Below, one piece after another: positions 38,455-51,985 of a DNA stretch of 64,000 bases. Source of the stretch: Azolla caroliniana (Eukaryota > Plantae > Polypodiophyta); contig JBHGNT010000011.1 of NCBI GenBank assembly GCA_043228905.1, forward strand, positions 13,950,001-14,014,000, read 5' to 3'. The stretch's first letter is position 1, and the number at the start of each line of letters is the position of its first letter. A program made the translations under genes and the position numbers. The notes below the pieces were generated by a model. That model did no database searches and had not been told where the DNA came from. It saw only the letters and a program-made list of their open reading frames with translations.

Positions 38455-38944
38455 TGTTACGTGCATAACCATATCTGACCATGAGATAAATTTTCCATAC
38501 TCTTACCTAATTTTACGAAGAGTATGTGTGCGTTAAATCCAAAAGGAGCGAGGGTATGAATTGAATATTACAATTCATAAAGTGTGAGATAGATATTATG
38601 TGTGTTATCACTTCACCACTTCACATAAAGTAGTAATGTGTGAACAACCCAAGGCCTAGGGTTTCTGCGTATATAAGAAGGCTAGCTACCTTCTTATTAG
38701 GAGGCTTGACTTATGTTGAGACTATGTCAGTGTGGCTATGGATCTTGTTAGCTAGGCATGTGTGATCCTCTCCCAGAACCCAAGGTACGACTCGCATCAA
38801 CCCTTGATGGTATGGGACATCAAAGAGGTTTGGATCCATCTCACACCATTGCTAGGGTGTGATCATGTGGTTTGGCACCCCTCTTTCCTTTCTTTTGTCA
38901 ATAATTCTTTATGTTTTACTTAATTAATTAGTTAGACTCTAACA
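38455..38944 (+). mobile_element. Solo LTR in the probable host-gene intron
   Basis: TGTTA...TAACA ends; TSD AGTGG/GGTGG; internal TATATAA. Confidence 0.65.
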
Positions 38945-40699
38945 GGTGGTAATAAGGATCAAACAGCAATATATGTGTGGATTACAGACTTAGGGACATT
39001 TATATAGAAATTTGTTATTTCCCACCAGCATCTTTAAGATATGACCCATAGAGTGGTTGTTCATATACAACCACCTATAAATGGGAGTCAGTCTACCATC
39101 TTCAACCACGCACAACTAGAGGCTCAAAAGGTGGAGCATGTTTTATTACAAACTCCAAATGTCATCTGAGTAGCGCATAAGGATCAACGGGTGTCTGGTC
39201 ACACACAACTCGTTGAAATTACAAGAAAGGGCCACAAACAGTCACTACAGCAGACTATTAGAAAAGGTTACGTACCAGATATTCAAAGCTTTGATCTTTC
39301 TGACACAATATCTCCTTAAATACCCAAGGTATCACTTTTCTAGAGATCTTCGGAGTTTACAGTATAGTGGCCTCCAAGATCTACATTTGATCCTCACATT
39401 ACCCCCAGAAGAAGTCACAAGGAACTTGCGCAACTGTTGGACACCACATCAACTCGAGAATTGTGATACAATAATTCCTAAATATATCATAAGATGGATT
39501 TGTCATTCATTCTAGCTACATGAATATTCATGTTTTATATGTCAGATGATGCTTGATTGGACAGATCACACCTTATCACATCAATCTCAGATGGAGACAT
39601 GAAATTGGAAAGTTTAAAATAAAATGATTATTTGCCAGTTACACTCTGCAGGGTGAGACAGCAACACGACATGTCACTGATCCAGATCAAATCACATCAA
39701 TTGGAAAAGGAGGCATGAAGAAATGACATTATGGAACGAAAATATCATATCCTCAAGTTATACTCTTGAGACGACCAAGACAGAAGAACATCACAAATGT
39801 TACTATCCTGTTTTGTATGATATCATAGGAAAGTATCATTGCCTTTTACCTCTATATAGAACATTACAAAACATCATGAACTTCATAAACCAAAAAATAT
39901 TTGGGTATCTTTTTGCTAGAACTTTGACACCATGAAGAAACTCTCAAGAGAGAGAACGACATACATCCTCTAGGGGGAAGCAACAAACCAACCCACATAG
40001 ACAAAACCGTCACTAAGTTCTTCACAAGCCATCCCCCCATCCCCATCATCATCCATTTCTGCCCCTCAGAATTCAAAATAACAAAACAGTTTTTAGAGTG
40101 GTCATTTTAGAGTGCGCACAGAAAAGTTTCAATTGAGCTACCCACAACCTCACTATATTAGAAAGATCAAAGTCTTCATAGACGGTATATGGCATGTTAT
40201 TATAACCCTTTTACTCTAATACATTCATTGAGAGACACTCTGAGAGAAAAACTTCCGTTTTCACCTGCAAATGTGTCTATATAAAACTATTTATCGTGAT
40301 ATGATTAGACAAATCAATTGTAAACATTTGTCAATGAAATGCTTTGGTCTCATAGGATACTTTGGTCTTTACTAAACATTGTATATTTTTCATTCGTTCT
40401 CTCTCACAAAAAACATTCATGAATGGGAAAAATAGAAAGACCAAAAGCAAATACCTTGTCACCTCGCAAATCTAGCTCTGATACGCATCTGAACAATTGT
40501 GAAACCAACATCAAACAACTTTGCGGCATACCTCTGATAATTATAATGATTGAACTAAGGGAAGACACCTCTACCTTGCATTCAGAAATTCAAGCTTTTT
40601 ATGTTTCTTAGTATCCTCAGGCCATGTCTCCAACATATATCTGCTGAATTGTCTTTCTATTAGAATCAGATATAATGCTTATTTCCCTGTAGAATCTTA

Positions 40700-41345
40700 G
40701 AAACCTCATATATGCATATATACATATGTAGACAGATTCATACATATGTGTGTATACATATACCTGAATAAACACACAAAAATACATGTCTGTGTATATA
40801 TAAATATATATGAATACACACATAAATAGACCTATCTATGTTGCTACATACATATAAATACATGCATGCTTACATATATACATAAATCAATCAACCAATA
40901 AATATAGGTATAGGTATAGTAGATATGCCCGTACGCATGTATGCACATATACAGGTATATGCATACATATACGCATATGTGTAGTGCATACATAAGTATA
41001 TATGCATGCATGTGTATACATATATACATATTGTATGTGAATATACGTACGTAACATGTATACATGTATACATATGACAAGGGAGAGCACACATCTCTGA
41101 CCGTACCTTTTTTTCTGAGAAAATACCTCTTCTCTGTGATGGAGAGTGTTCATGAGCCTAATGGCCATCTGAGAGTCACTCTCGTACATGTCGACGGTGT
41201 GCTCCACCATCAGCCAGACTGTTTTAGTATATCGTTCTGTTCGAAGAACAGCATCATGTATGCTTGTAATGTATGTATGTGTGTGTGTGTGTGTATGTAT
41301 GCTTATAACGTATGTATGTATGTGTATCTGTGTATGTATGTACGT
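40700..41345. repeat. Low-complexity (CATA)n/(TATG)n region with a unique core of about 185 bp
   Basis: Direct reading. Confidence 0.8.
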
Positions 41346-42102
41346 ATGTTCGTCGTACGGAGACTGTTTTAAACATCCCCACAATTAGGTCTCATTTGAG
41401 AAATACACCATTGTATTGTTCCCATTGTGCCCTTTTTCAAATTGTTTCGAATGTGATCATGTGCTTTATTTAGGTATATATATATACACACATCTGAGCC
41501 ATGAGCTCAATTTGTTGCATGGCACTTGCTACGCCACTATATCATGATTTGTGCAGTTGAATTTAAAAAGTCATCGACACTTATACGCTACTTGGTTGTG
41601 AATCTGTCATTGATCACTTTGCCGAACCCAATTGGTTGTCAGCATATTCAAGAAGGTCATGTAAACCTTATTCCCATACTTTGAGATTCTGGATTTCTAA
41701 AAACTAAAAGCTACTATGGATCCATTCGAAAACTAGTTTGCTTTACAACTCTTTTGTTGATAGTGTTCTTGTTGCGACAAAAACAACATTTCTTTGATTC
41801 TAACCCAATCAATATATGCATTTTGTCTTGAGGGATACTTGTGGAGTTGCAATCCATGTCACATAAATCTATGAAATGCTTTTCTATTGTGATTTAGTCG
41901 ATAATGTCTTGTTATTAATTATAAGTAATTAACTAGAGCAATTTTGAGCATATTGTCTAGTTAATTAGGTTTCAATCATAAAATCGTTGACGAATAAAAA
42001 TCATTACTACATCTATCATACAAAGTATGATAATCATGAATTGATTAATGAGGATTTCAAAGTTGATCATTATGGTGGGTATAGCTGATGGATGAGTGAT
42101 TA

Positions 42103-42105
<3 letters not shown>

Positions 42106-42150
<45 letters not shown>
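42106..42150. repeat. (GT)n microsatellite
   Basis: Direct reading. Confidence 0.95.
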
Positions 42151-42151
<1 letters not shown>

Positions 42152-43187
42152 CCGCATATTTTAATCCAATTTACGAATGGGAATTTCCTAGTAACATATA
42201 ATATAACAGCAAAATCATAGAATACATCAAAAACCTACAAAATTACCTTACCATCAACTTCCACATCATCCACATCCTTATCCATGCATTCTTTTGCTTT
42301 TTCTTCCACAATATCAAACAATAAAGTATTGGCAATACCCCATAAATTATCTCAATTATGATTATCCTTGGGACTCTCGTTTATGTGTATTACCTCAACA
42401 TATGTCAATTTCTTAAAGCTCCCCAAATTTTCATTACCACAATTACATTCTAACATAATATTGCTCTTTTGTTGGAGCAATTGTTTCCATATTAACATCC
42501 CCCACGTCCTCTATTTTTTATGTCATATCGAACCAGGATAAAACAGATTTTCCATGAATAAGAGAGAAAATCTAACCTCACTGAATTGAAGAGAACAAAG
42601 ACAAAGAAGATGATAGGAGTATTGTAATGGATGTGTAGGTGTACTATGACAATCAGGGCTTCTTTGTTTCTATTGTTGTTACCAATACATACCACCAATT
42701 ATAACTTGTTATATATCATTAAGAGGATTTGATCGAAGGATTTCTCTCTGCAAAAAAGTGTTACCGATAGAGACCACAACAAAAAGAAGATAAGGGAACA
42801 TGAGTTACCTCGCCTAGAAGTTGTGGTCAGGATACCTTCTACATTGGATCCACATCGAAACCCTTTGACCTCCCGCTCATTTTCAAGTGACTTTGATAGA
42901 AATGTAACTAATATCAGCACATAGATTTTGCTAACTAATGCGAAGTAGTGTTTTTTTTTTGTAAAAAAATGAAAAGGAAAAATATTTGCACATAGCCATT
43001 TCCTTTATAGAATATGTTAGACCTCATAATATCTTTTTGTACAACACTGAAACTCTTTTATCTATGTTTTTTCTTCAATGATTGGGTACATATTCCATTA
43101 TTTGTAACCAATTGTCTCATAAGCCAAATCTGGTCTTAGATGATGTTGATCGTTGTGCAACAAAAATTTCCTACCTAATGTACAAGT

Positions 43188-43253
43188 GTGGGGTATTGGC
43201 CGGTTGTCCAGACTATCATGACCCCACGCCTTGATAGCCCTCTTCAAAAATCC
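43188..43253 (-). promoter_or_regulatory. Second copy of the -1 frameshift signal
   Basis: G_GAT_TTT, spacer TGAAGA, stem 1 GGGCTATCA/TGATAGTCT, stem 2 GTGGGGT/ACCCCAC. Confidence 0.75.
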
Positions 43254-43505
43254 TCTCGGCCTTCACTACCGAGAGAGTCCATGTTGTGCTCGTGATTCGG
43301 CCGAACCATTAGGAATTGGACGGAGTGCCAACTGTCCTGGTTCTTAACTCGTGCATACGTTGAACCATTGTCCAACACCTTCGTCTCCATACGAGCCACC
43401 GTGATGTACGGTTCACCTAATATGACCGGGTGGGAGGACGACTCCTCCACAAAGAAGTGTTGGTCGATCTCAACGTCACCAACCTTCACCCGAACATTCG
43501 GGCGC

Positions 43506-44515
43506 TATCGTGCCTTTCGGCTCCGGATCGTTGTGTGAGTCGGGTGGGAACCACTGAGGTTTTGGACTAGGAGAAAGAAGAATATAGTATAAGGCTAATT
43601 ATGAATAGGTAGAAAGAGAAGTAAGAAATAAAACTTGTGAATCCCACGTGTTTAGTGCATTTAATCAATATTTAGATTGTAAGAAAGAGAATTTTGATGA
43701 TAAACTCGTGAATCCCATGAATATATTAGATTGATCAATCCTTGTAAAATAATCAACAACACCATACATCTTTCTCTCCTCCTTATATAAGGACGGAAGA
43801 GGCTAAGCATAGCTTCATGCTTTTTCTAAAGTGTTCATGCACACTAAATGTGCATGAGTTGCTTTTTACACTATGCTTTTATTTCCTAAATATAGTGTTC
43901 ATGCTCGCTAGATGTGCACGAGTAATTTTTTATTGGTGTACATTTTTCTTATAAATTAAATATTCACTCATTCTAAAAATGTATGACTTACATTTTAATA
44001 AAGGTAGGCATAAATAAAGGTCTTATACGTATTAAATCTATATTTAAAACACTTAGGATAAGTTAGTATAATGGTAAGGTTGGGGTTTGTCTACGTGGAG
44101 GGAGGTACAGGGTTTGAATCTTGCCCCATGCATGCAACAATTTTTTTCTTCTATTTATAAATTTGTCTCTTCATCCAATGAGAGACTCTCACCGGCCTTC
44201 TTTATCCGGCTCCTTGATCCGGTTCTTACCGGATCTCCTTACCGGGTCCTCCTTGCCGGACCCTCCTTCATCCAGTTCTCACCAGTTCTCCTCACCGGTT
44301 CCTCCTTGCCGGTTTCTCCTTCATCCGGTTCTCACCGATTCTGCTTACCGGTTGCTCCTTGCTAGTTCCTCCTTCATTTGGTTCTCACCGGTTCTCCTTA
44401 CCGGTTTTTCCTTGTTGGTTCCTCCTTTATCCGGTTCTCCTTACCGGTTCTTCCTTGTCCCATCCGGAGGGACAAAAATGCAATTTTCACGTAGTGTGCG
44501 AATTACACTACGATA
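43506..44515 (-). mobile_element. Solo LTR (1010 bp), Gypsy-A superfamily, chimeric U3
   Basis: TATCG...CGATA ends (decayed TGTCG...CGACA); 4-bp TSD GCGC, whose removal restores the host frame; shared U5 motif. Confidence 0.85.
44064..44147 (+). other. tRNA(Asp)-like Pol III module inside LTR U3
   Basis: A-box TAGTATAATGG (44064-44074), TGTCTACGTGG resembling the Asp anticodon arm, B-box GGTTTGAATC (44111-44120), and T7 run (44141-44147). Confidence 0.6.
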
Positions 44516-45275
44516 GCGCACACCATGAAGCTCCTCTGTTGCGCAGGTAGTCGCCCGTATCTTCCATCCATGATTCGTGTTGGAGTCTCCTCATAACGTT
44601 GATTGAACCCCCGCAATTGCTCTTTTCCTCAAGCTACACATACTTTTTCTAAATCTCATACCTTTCGTTAGTTTTGTCGCCACACAAAATAAGGGGTAGG
44701 TGCATACATACTCGAATGAATTTAGGGTCTACATAGATAACTATGTCTTGACTAATATACTTACACATGTGCATATTACTACATTCTATGAAGACACCAT
44801 TATTTTGATTATTTGTTCCTCAACTGTTATTTATAAGGTTACCAATAGTCCTTGCAAATATAGCGTCCCATGTACGTAAAGTTTTCACCAAAGCTATGAG
44901 CAATTGTATGTTTAGTTATAAAGGGGACACTTGCATTGCTATATTCTTTTATGTATCTTACTTATTGATGCCTTGAGTCCATGTATACATAGTCCCACAA
45001 AGGGACATAAGTGTGACGTTAGAATGGGCAAAGGCATTTAGATCCTATGCATGAACAAGCCTCCGTGAGCATTTTGAGAGATTGTAGATGGAGCTAGCAC
45101 ATGAAGTTTGCCCTAACTCTAAAAATTAATGCCAAATAAAAATATGAAATTTTGTGGGAGAGTAAAAAGTGGGGAATTTATGAACCTTTTTTTCATTTTT
45201 TTATTAAAAATAAAACAAATACTTTAAAGGCTTACATTTATTAAAATATTATTAGTGTAAGTCCCTTTTTAATGT

Positions 45276-48200
45276 GAAGTAAAATATCCATGCACGACTT
45301 TCTCTGACCATTACCCGGTAGTTGGTCGTTTTCAATTGCACCGAAAATGGGGCCCATTCCAGACTCACATCCCACACACTATTTACACATTTATAGAGGT
45401 GAAGGAACAACTCTCCAACCAATGGTCATTACCCGTCAATGACTCATCAACATCTAACAAACTTCTAGTTAAATTAACAAGAGCTTCAACTCTCCTACAT
45501 GAGATTGTCAAGACCAGAAGCAAGGATGCTCAAGAGAAGCAACAGAGGACAAAATGGGGACTAATAGCCTTACAACGACTCCCATAGAGATACCCGTTAT
45601 GTAGTTGGATCGCTAGACAAGTCGCCATGGCCAAACATGAACTCAGCATGGCGAAAAAGGAAATATATGACATGGAGTTTCATGGAGGCATGGCGTGATG
45701 GATTTGAGTAGGGGACAAAACCACGAAGGAATTCTTCAGCTCCAAAGGCCCGAGGCACACTAGAACAATGATGCGTAGCCTCAACCGAGAGGATGGAACA
45801 ACCACTAAGGATGGCAACGAAATGAGGAATATTGCCACAAGTTACTATAACTGTGGATCGCTGGACAAGTTGCCATGGCCAAACATGAACTCAGCATGGC
45901 AGAAAAGGAAATATATGACATGGAGTTTCATGGAAGCATGGCGTGATGGATTCAAGTAGGGGACAAAACCACGAAGGAATTCTTCAGCTCCAAAGGCCCG
46001 AGGCACACTAGAACAATGATGTGTAGCCTCAACCGAGAGGATGGAACAACCACTAAGGATGGCAATGAAATGAGGAATATTGCCACAAGTTACTATAACC
46101 GTGGATCGCTGGACAAGTCGCCATGGCCAAACATGAACTCAGCATGGCGGAAAAGGAAATATATGACATGGAGTTTCATGGAAGCATGGCGTGATGGATT
46201 CGAGTAGGGGACAAAACCACGAAGGAATTCTTCAGCTCCAAAGGCCCGAGGCACACTAGAACAATGATGTGTAGCCTCAACCGAGAGGATGGAACAACCA
46301 CTAAGGATGGCAATGAAATGAGGAATATTGCCACAAGTTACTATAACCGTGGATCGCTGGACAAGTCGCCATGGCCAAACATGAACTCAGCATGGCGGAA
46401 AAGGAAATATATGACATGGAGTTTCATGGAAGCATGGAGTGATGGATTCGAGTAGGGGACAACACCACGAAGGAATTCTTCAGCTCCAAAGGCCCGAGGC
46501 ACGCTAGAACAATGATGTGTTGCCTCAACCGAGAGGATGGAACAACCACTAAGGATGGCGATGAAATGAGGAATATTGCCACAAGTTACTATAACCGTGG
46601 ATCGTTGGACAAGTCACCATGGCCAAACATGAACTCAGCATGGTGGAAAAGGAAATATATGACATGGAGTTTCATGGAAGCATGGTGTGATGGATTCGAG
46701 TAGGGGACAAAACCACGAAGGAATTCTTCAGCTCCAAAGGCCCGAGGCACGCTAGAACAATGATGTGTTGCCTCAACCGAGAGGATGGAACAACCACTAA
46801 GGATGGCGACGAAATGAGGAATATTGCCACAAGTTACTATAACCGCCTACTTATCGATGATACTATGGCTACAAGGGAAGACATAAGAGAAGATATTATC
46901 CTCCAAATCATACCCAAGAAAGTCACGACGGAAATGAATACATGGCTCGTGCGTCCCCTATCAATCATCGAGATATGGGAGGTACTCTCTGATTTGGATG
47001 CTGATAGTTGCCCTAGAATCGACGGCCTCACCCCGCACTTTTTCACATGCCTTTGGGACACTATTAAAGAAGACCTCCTCCAAGCATATGAGGAGATCAT
47101 CACCTCTGGAAGCATGCCGGAGGAATTTGGACAGGGGATGATACATCTCATTCCTAAAAGTGGTGGGAGTGCCAACGACATTAGCGAGTGGTGGCCCATA
47201 ACTCTTCTCAATACTATCTATAAGTTGCTCGCAAAAATCGTGGCACGCCGTTTAACACCACTTCTCCCTCAACCCATTCATCCGTCCCAGACAGGGTTCG
47301 TTAGAAATCGGAGCATCCTAGACAACCTCTTCTCATTCTAGGAAGCAGTAGCCCTTGCCAAGCGTACCAACAACAAGGTAGTTGTGGTGCTCCTAGATTT
47401 TGAGAAAGCATATGATAGGGTATGATGGAACTTTCTAGAAAGTGTGATGGGGAAACTCAACTTTCAAGAGACATGGATCAAAGGCATTGCAGGACTTTGT
47501 AGGAACGACAACAATTGCGTTTCACTGGCAAGTGAAAGGGGCCCCTTTTTCCGAATATCCCGATCTATATGACGGGGCTACCCACTAGCTCCATCCTTAT
47601 TTCTATTATACGCCGAAGCACTCTCTTGCTTTCTCAACTTGCGGCATCTCAACCTACGTGGTCTTCCCGTACCTCATTCTCACCAAAACATCCTAGATAT
47701 ATAATTTGCAGATGACAAAGCGGTCTACCTGCAAGGGGACTTGGAAAACCTCCAAAAGCTAGAAAGTGGGTTAGCTGTATTTTGCAAGAGATCTAATTCC
47801 ATGATCAATTGGCACAAATCCTGCGCAATATGACTTTCTCATGAAACACATTTGACGTGACACCCACATCCCACTTTCAAATGGATCAATCAAGGAGCGA
47901 GCACCAAATATTTGGGTTTCCAAATTGGTTTCAACATACCGCCGGAGACTATGATTGCACCAGTTATCCATTCCATTCGACAAAAGTTGATACATTGGAG
48001 TTCGAAAAAACTGTCGCTAGTGGGTCGCATCATAGTGGCAAACCAGGTACTACTTGCAACAGGATGGTACAGTCTATCATGCTAGACAATCTCCAAGGAA
48101 AGTATATATCAGATTCAACGACGGGTCCGCAACTACATTTGGTCTGGTAAGGAAGACCATGTAACTCGCGCCAAGGTGGCATGGCCTATACACACAACGC

Positions 48201-49837
48201 CTAAATCGAGAGGGGGATTGGGTCTTATTGATACCCTTTCAAAATCAAAAGCCTTAGTTGCCAAATTTGTGGTGCGTGGACTCCAACCAGGAAATGACTG
48301 TTGGAAAATGCTACTACGGTTACGTTTCACTTACTTTAGGCCACGAAAAGGGGTCAATTGGGCCCCCCAAATGGGATGGATTCTAAACATGGATCTCAAA
48401 CCTAGTTTCTCCCGCCAATTGGAGGATAGATTCAATGCATCCATGTGGAAGGCATGGTGTGACATTAGACGAGGGCTCAAGTGTGATCAGCCGAGTTCCG
48501 AACCTGCCTGGCTCAGTCAACGTATCCTATGGAACCCATGTATCAAGGATGAATCTAATCAACTACTGGGATCAAGTAAGGGGTTTATGTCATTGCTACT
48601 ACAAGATCAAGCCAACATACTCCATGGAATCAAGGGCGGATGGACTATGAGATCGGAAATCATTAACGCTCTACTCATTAGGGAAACTGCTACTCAAAGG
48701 ACGACAATGGAGAACGGGATAGACCACGAGGAGGAGGGATCTCTGATCCCGAGAGGTAGGGGAACACCAGACAGGATCAAAGGCTTCGAATTGCGAGACA
48801 CCAACACAGAATAACACAATTCGAGTACTCGCGTATACTGGTCATAAATGGATTGTAGATCTTGATCTGATCAAAGTACAACCCAATTGGCACATATGTA
48901 CTCATGAAAACACATGGCTACGTAAGGTTAGTTGGGACCCTTTACAATGGACATGGCGTGATCCTTAAGTGGGGCAAGGAAGCAAACCCATCCCTTTCTT
49001 CCAATTCACAACTAGATTGGGTCGCCACATTCTAGTTGCTCAAACCGCCTGAGAGCTAGCTATTGCAAAGGTCTAGCACACATTTCAAGTTCCTCCCACA
49101 ATTATCACCAAGTTTTGGCAGAAAATCTGGAAAAAATAACATGCAAGGTGAATTACCACAATCAAATGGCTATTAATACATAAGTCTCTACCAGTGGGAG
49201 TTGGCAACGTGGGAACCTTAGCTCTCCTAATTGTGTAGAGTGCCCAAATGTAGTAGAATCAATATGACACACTCTATGGGACTGCCCAACATCCCATTGA
49301 ATATGGGGGGGGGGGGGGGGGGCGCTTGTTGCAATTGTGCCAGGTGCAAGACTCAATCAAGTGGGGAAATATATGTTGGCTATCATGGCAGATCCCAGTT
49401 GGCGGATACGAGCATCAAGAGGAGGGGATGACTTTGGTGATAAAATCACAAGAGGTTTTTTTCTCCACCAACGACAATGTCCACTCAACTCCTCTTAATG
49501 ACAAATCTAGGGCAAATCTATGGAAACAACGGTGTAGACGGGTCTTCTCCAACCAAATCGCGCATCCAACAAGGTTACTGCAAGAGATATGGAGTGAAAT
49601 TGTAGCCACTGTAAAGAGCCAATATGATGGCGTCAAGGGTGGCTCCGATGGAGTTAAAAGACAACGAATAGCCTTCATCCAACAATGGTCGTCCTCTCCC
49701 TTTCTTGAGTCAATGGGCATCCACATAAGATGGAACGATCGTGTCCCTACAGGGATTTGTACATAATCGTCTCATTTGTAAAATTTTCTAACTAATGGAA
49801 TGAGTTTTTTTGGGGAAAATAAATAAATAAATAAATC
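45276..49837 (+). mobile_element. 5'-truncated, decayed L1-like LINE (end of endonuclease, RT, C-terminal domain)
   Basis: FSDHYP, WIRVGDKTTKEFF, WWPITLLNTIYK, QTGFV, LDFEKAYDRV, FADD and KYLG motifs; (AAAT)n tail; TSD CCCTTTTTA(A/T)TGT (45263-45275, 49838-49850). Confidence 0.93.
45606..46845 (+). repeat. Tandem array, 5 x 248 bp, derived from LINE ORF2
   Basis: Units start at 45606, 45854, 46102, 46350 and 46598; the ORF track repeats every 248 bp. Confidence 0.97.
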
Positions 49838-49977
49838 CCCTTTTTATTGTCAAAGTCCTCTTTTTTATATTTAAGAGACTAAAAAGTAGGGAATTTATGA
49901 AGTCTTTTTTTTCAACGAATACTTGACCATGCATTCGTATACGTATTTGTTTGCATTCGAATGGGAAAACCCACGAA

Positions 49978-51985
49978 CAGTGTTGGGCAAAGTCTCTAGC
50001 CCCTACCGGAAATTTTCATGCTGCTTACGAACCTAACCGAAATTTCAAAATTTTAGCCGGCCATTTTCCTACAAGTGATAATGTCAACCGGAACATGTTG
50101 AAAAACAAAATTTAGCGCGTACCAAATCAAATGATTTTTTAGCATAACCTATGGATTCCATTTACAAGAAGGGGAAACATATATACACAAACCATGTTTT
50201 CTAAAGAGAATAAGCAAATTAAAACACTTGGGATATATGGAAGATTTTGAGGCAATAAATGATTAAGTTTTCATTATGGATCTTCTGATCTATAAAAACA
50301 TAAAGAAGAAAGAGGAAGGCTCGCATTAGCCTACTCGCACATGGAATCACCTTTAAATCATAATTGTATCTTATTCCTTGGAAAACATGTGGAAATTCAA
50401 ACTACCATGATTTTGGCAATGTGAGAACCAACAAACCCATTCACTAAAAATATATAACTAAACAAGGTGGATTGCAATTTGCCATCATGCACTTAACACT
50501 CAAATAGATTCAAACTAAGAGAAATCAAGAGGAAAACAGAAAAATACAATGGTTATCCCTTAAATCATCTTCAGATTTTGCGATACATTTGAGCGATCAC
50601 AAAAACTTTAGATAGAGATTAGAATTGATTTACATATAGCAGTAATGGACAGAAATGGATACCTTGAAGACACCTAGAATTCCATGTGCTTACTGTGACA
50701 TGCCATCATGGACATTACAATCTGCATGGGGATAAATGTAATAACTTACAACGATATGAAGTGCTAATTCATGCACATAAAGATTTTTGCCAAGGAAGGA
50801 CATCATATTCAACACATAGAATCACATGTTGCTAATGTAAATTTCCAAACAAAAATGATTCCATTTTCTTTTGCGAGGTAACATTGACTTTTACAAACAA
50901 AAAGATGGTGATGTTGAGCATATAAGAATATAAGATGGTGATCTTTCTTAGCACATACCAATGAGGTTCTCAACTAGGGAGAGCCAAAAGAGAAGCCACC
51001 CTAAACACTACACATCAACTACAATAAACCAGGTTGAAATCATATTTATAATTATGAAGAAAAAGAAACCTTAATTGACTAAAAATAGGTTAGTTAACAA
51101 ATTGTATGTTAAGAAATTTGTTTTCCCACAAAATGCATCTAGTAGGAAAGATTAGTCGAAAAGAAAATTTCTAGTCCTGACTCCTACCAGATGAACAATA
51201 GGTGTAACAAGGTCAAGAGCACAAGGACAGACAATCACTTACAAAAGAGTTAACAAGTTGCATATATAAATGATCTTTCCTTTTAAAGAAACCTAATCAT
51301 TATGCAAAAGGATTAAAAATTATGCTAAATATAGGAGCCTCAAGAGACCAACCCAATCTACCGAACTTTACATATCACATCCACATATACAACAATGGGC
51401 ATTTAATTTATTCGTTTTTGCACAAAAATAGAGCTTTTATTAACTGTACATAAAGACCTCAACATGCAGTATAATTATGAAGGAATTAGATCATTGAATG
51501 TTTTATTATAGCTCATCTACAACAATAATGAGCACAACCTGCAAGATATTGTTTAGCTGGAGGAAAGCCAAAATACATACCTCATAAGAAAAATTGGTAG
51601 AATCCATACCTCAGAGTGGTGATTTGTGCACATGGAGGAACAAGTTGGGAGCGGTGACCAAGGAACAAGGAACATCAATCAAGGAGCAACGACCAAGGAA
51701 CAAGGAGCAGGGAACGAGGAACAACAAATAGGGATCAACAAACGTAAGGTCTTGACTCTCAAGAGGAGGGAAGAAAGGGGGAAAGAGGGGGAAAGTTGAA
51801 ACTATACTTAGGTTTGCAAAACTATATAAATAGCCGGTTGAAAAAATATCAACCAGCTAGATTCCGGTTGGTAGGAAAACTTAGCCGGAATCAATTCCGG
51901 AATTCCCCCACCTTGGTTGGCAAAAGTCCCAATGCAACCGGAAGCCTGACACTATTCCTAGAGGCTGGGACTTTGCCCAACACTA
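49978..51985. mobile_element. Non-autonomous hAT element (2.0 kb)
   Basis: TIRs CAGTGTTGGGCAAAGTC / GACTTTGCCCAACACTA; perfect 8-bp TSD CCCACGAA; subterminal CCGG motifs; no transposase ORF. Confidence 0.93.

Larger units (their letters stand above)
43180..44585 (-). pseudogene. Fragment of a Gypsy-A relative (protease C-terminus plus frameshift site), split by a solo LTR
   Basis: ATEELHGVRPNVRVKVGDVEIDQHFFV...EDF* matches Gypsy-A ORF1. Confidence 0.88.

Noticed and set aside
40474-40485. GCTCTGATAC resembling a tRNA-Met PBS
   Set aside because: Lacks the terminal CCA match and no LTR is adjacent.
40617-41388. Short ORFs rich in Y/I/C/H/T (also 17409-17728)
   Set aside because: Translations of microsatellites.
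44064-44130. Functional tRNA gene
   Set aside because: The cloverleaf is incomplete and the B-box is degenerate; reported only as a tRNA-like module. The same applies to 54594-54665 and 9384-9450.
45768-46703. Four near-identical 63-aa ORFs suggesting a peptide gene cluster
   Set aside because: By-products of the 248-bp tandem array; each reads across a unit junction into a non-coding frame of LINE ORF2.
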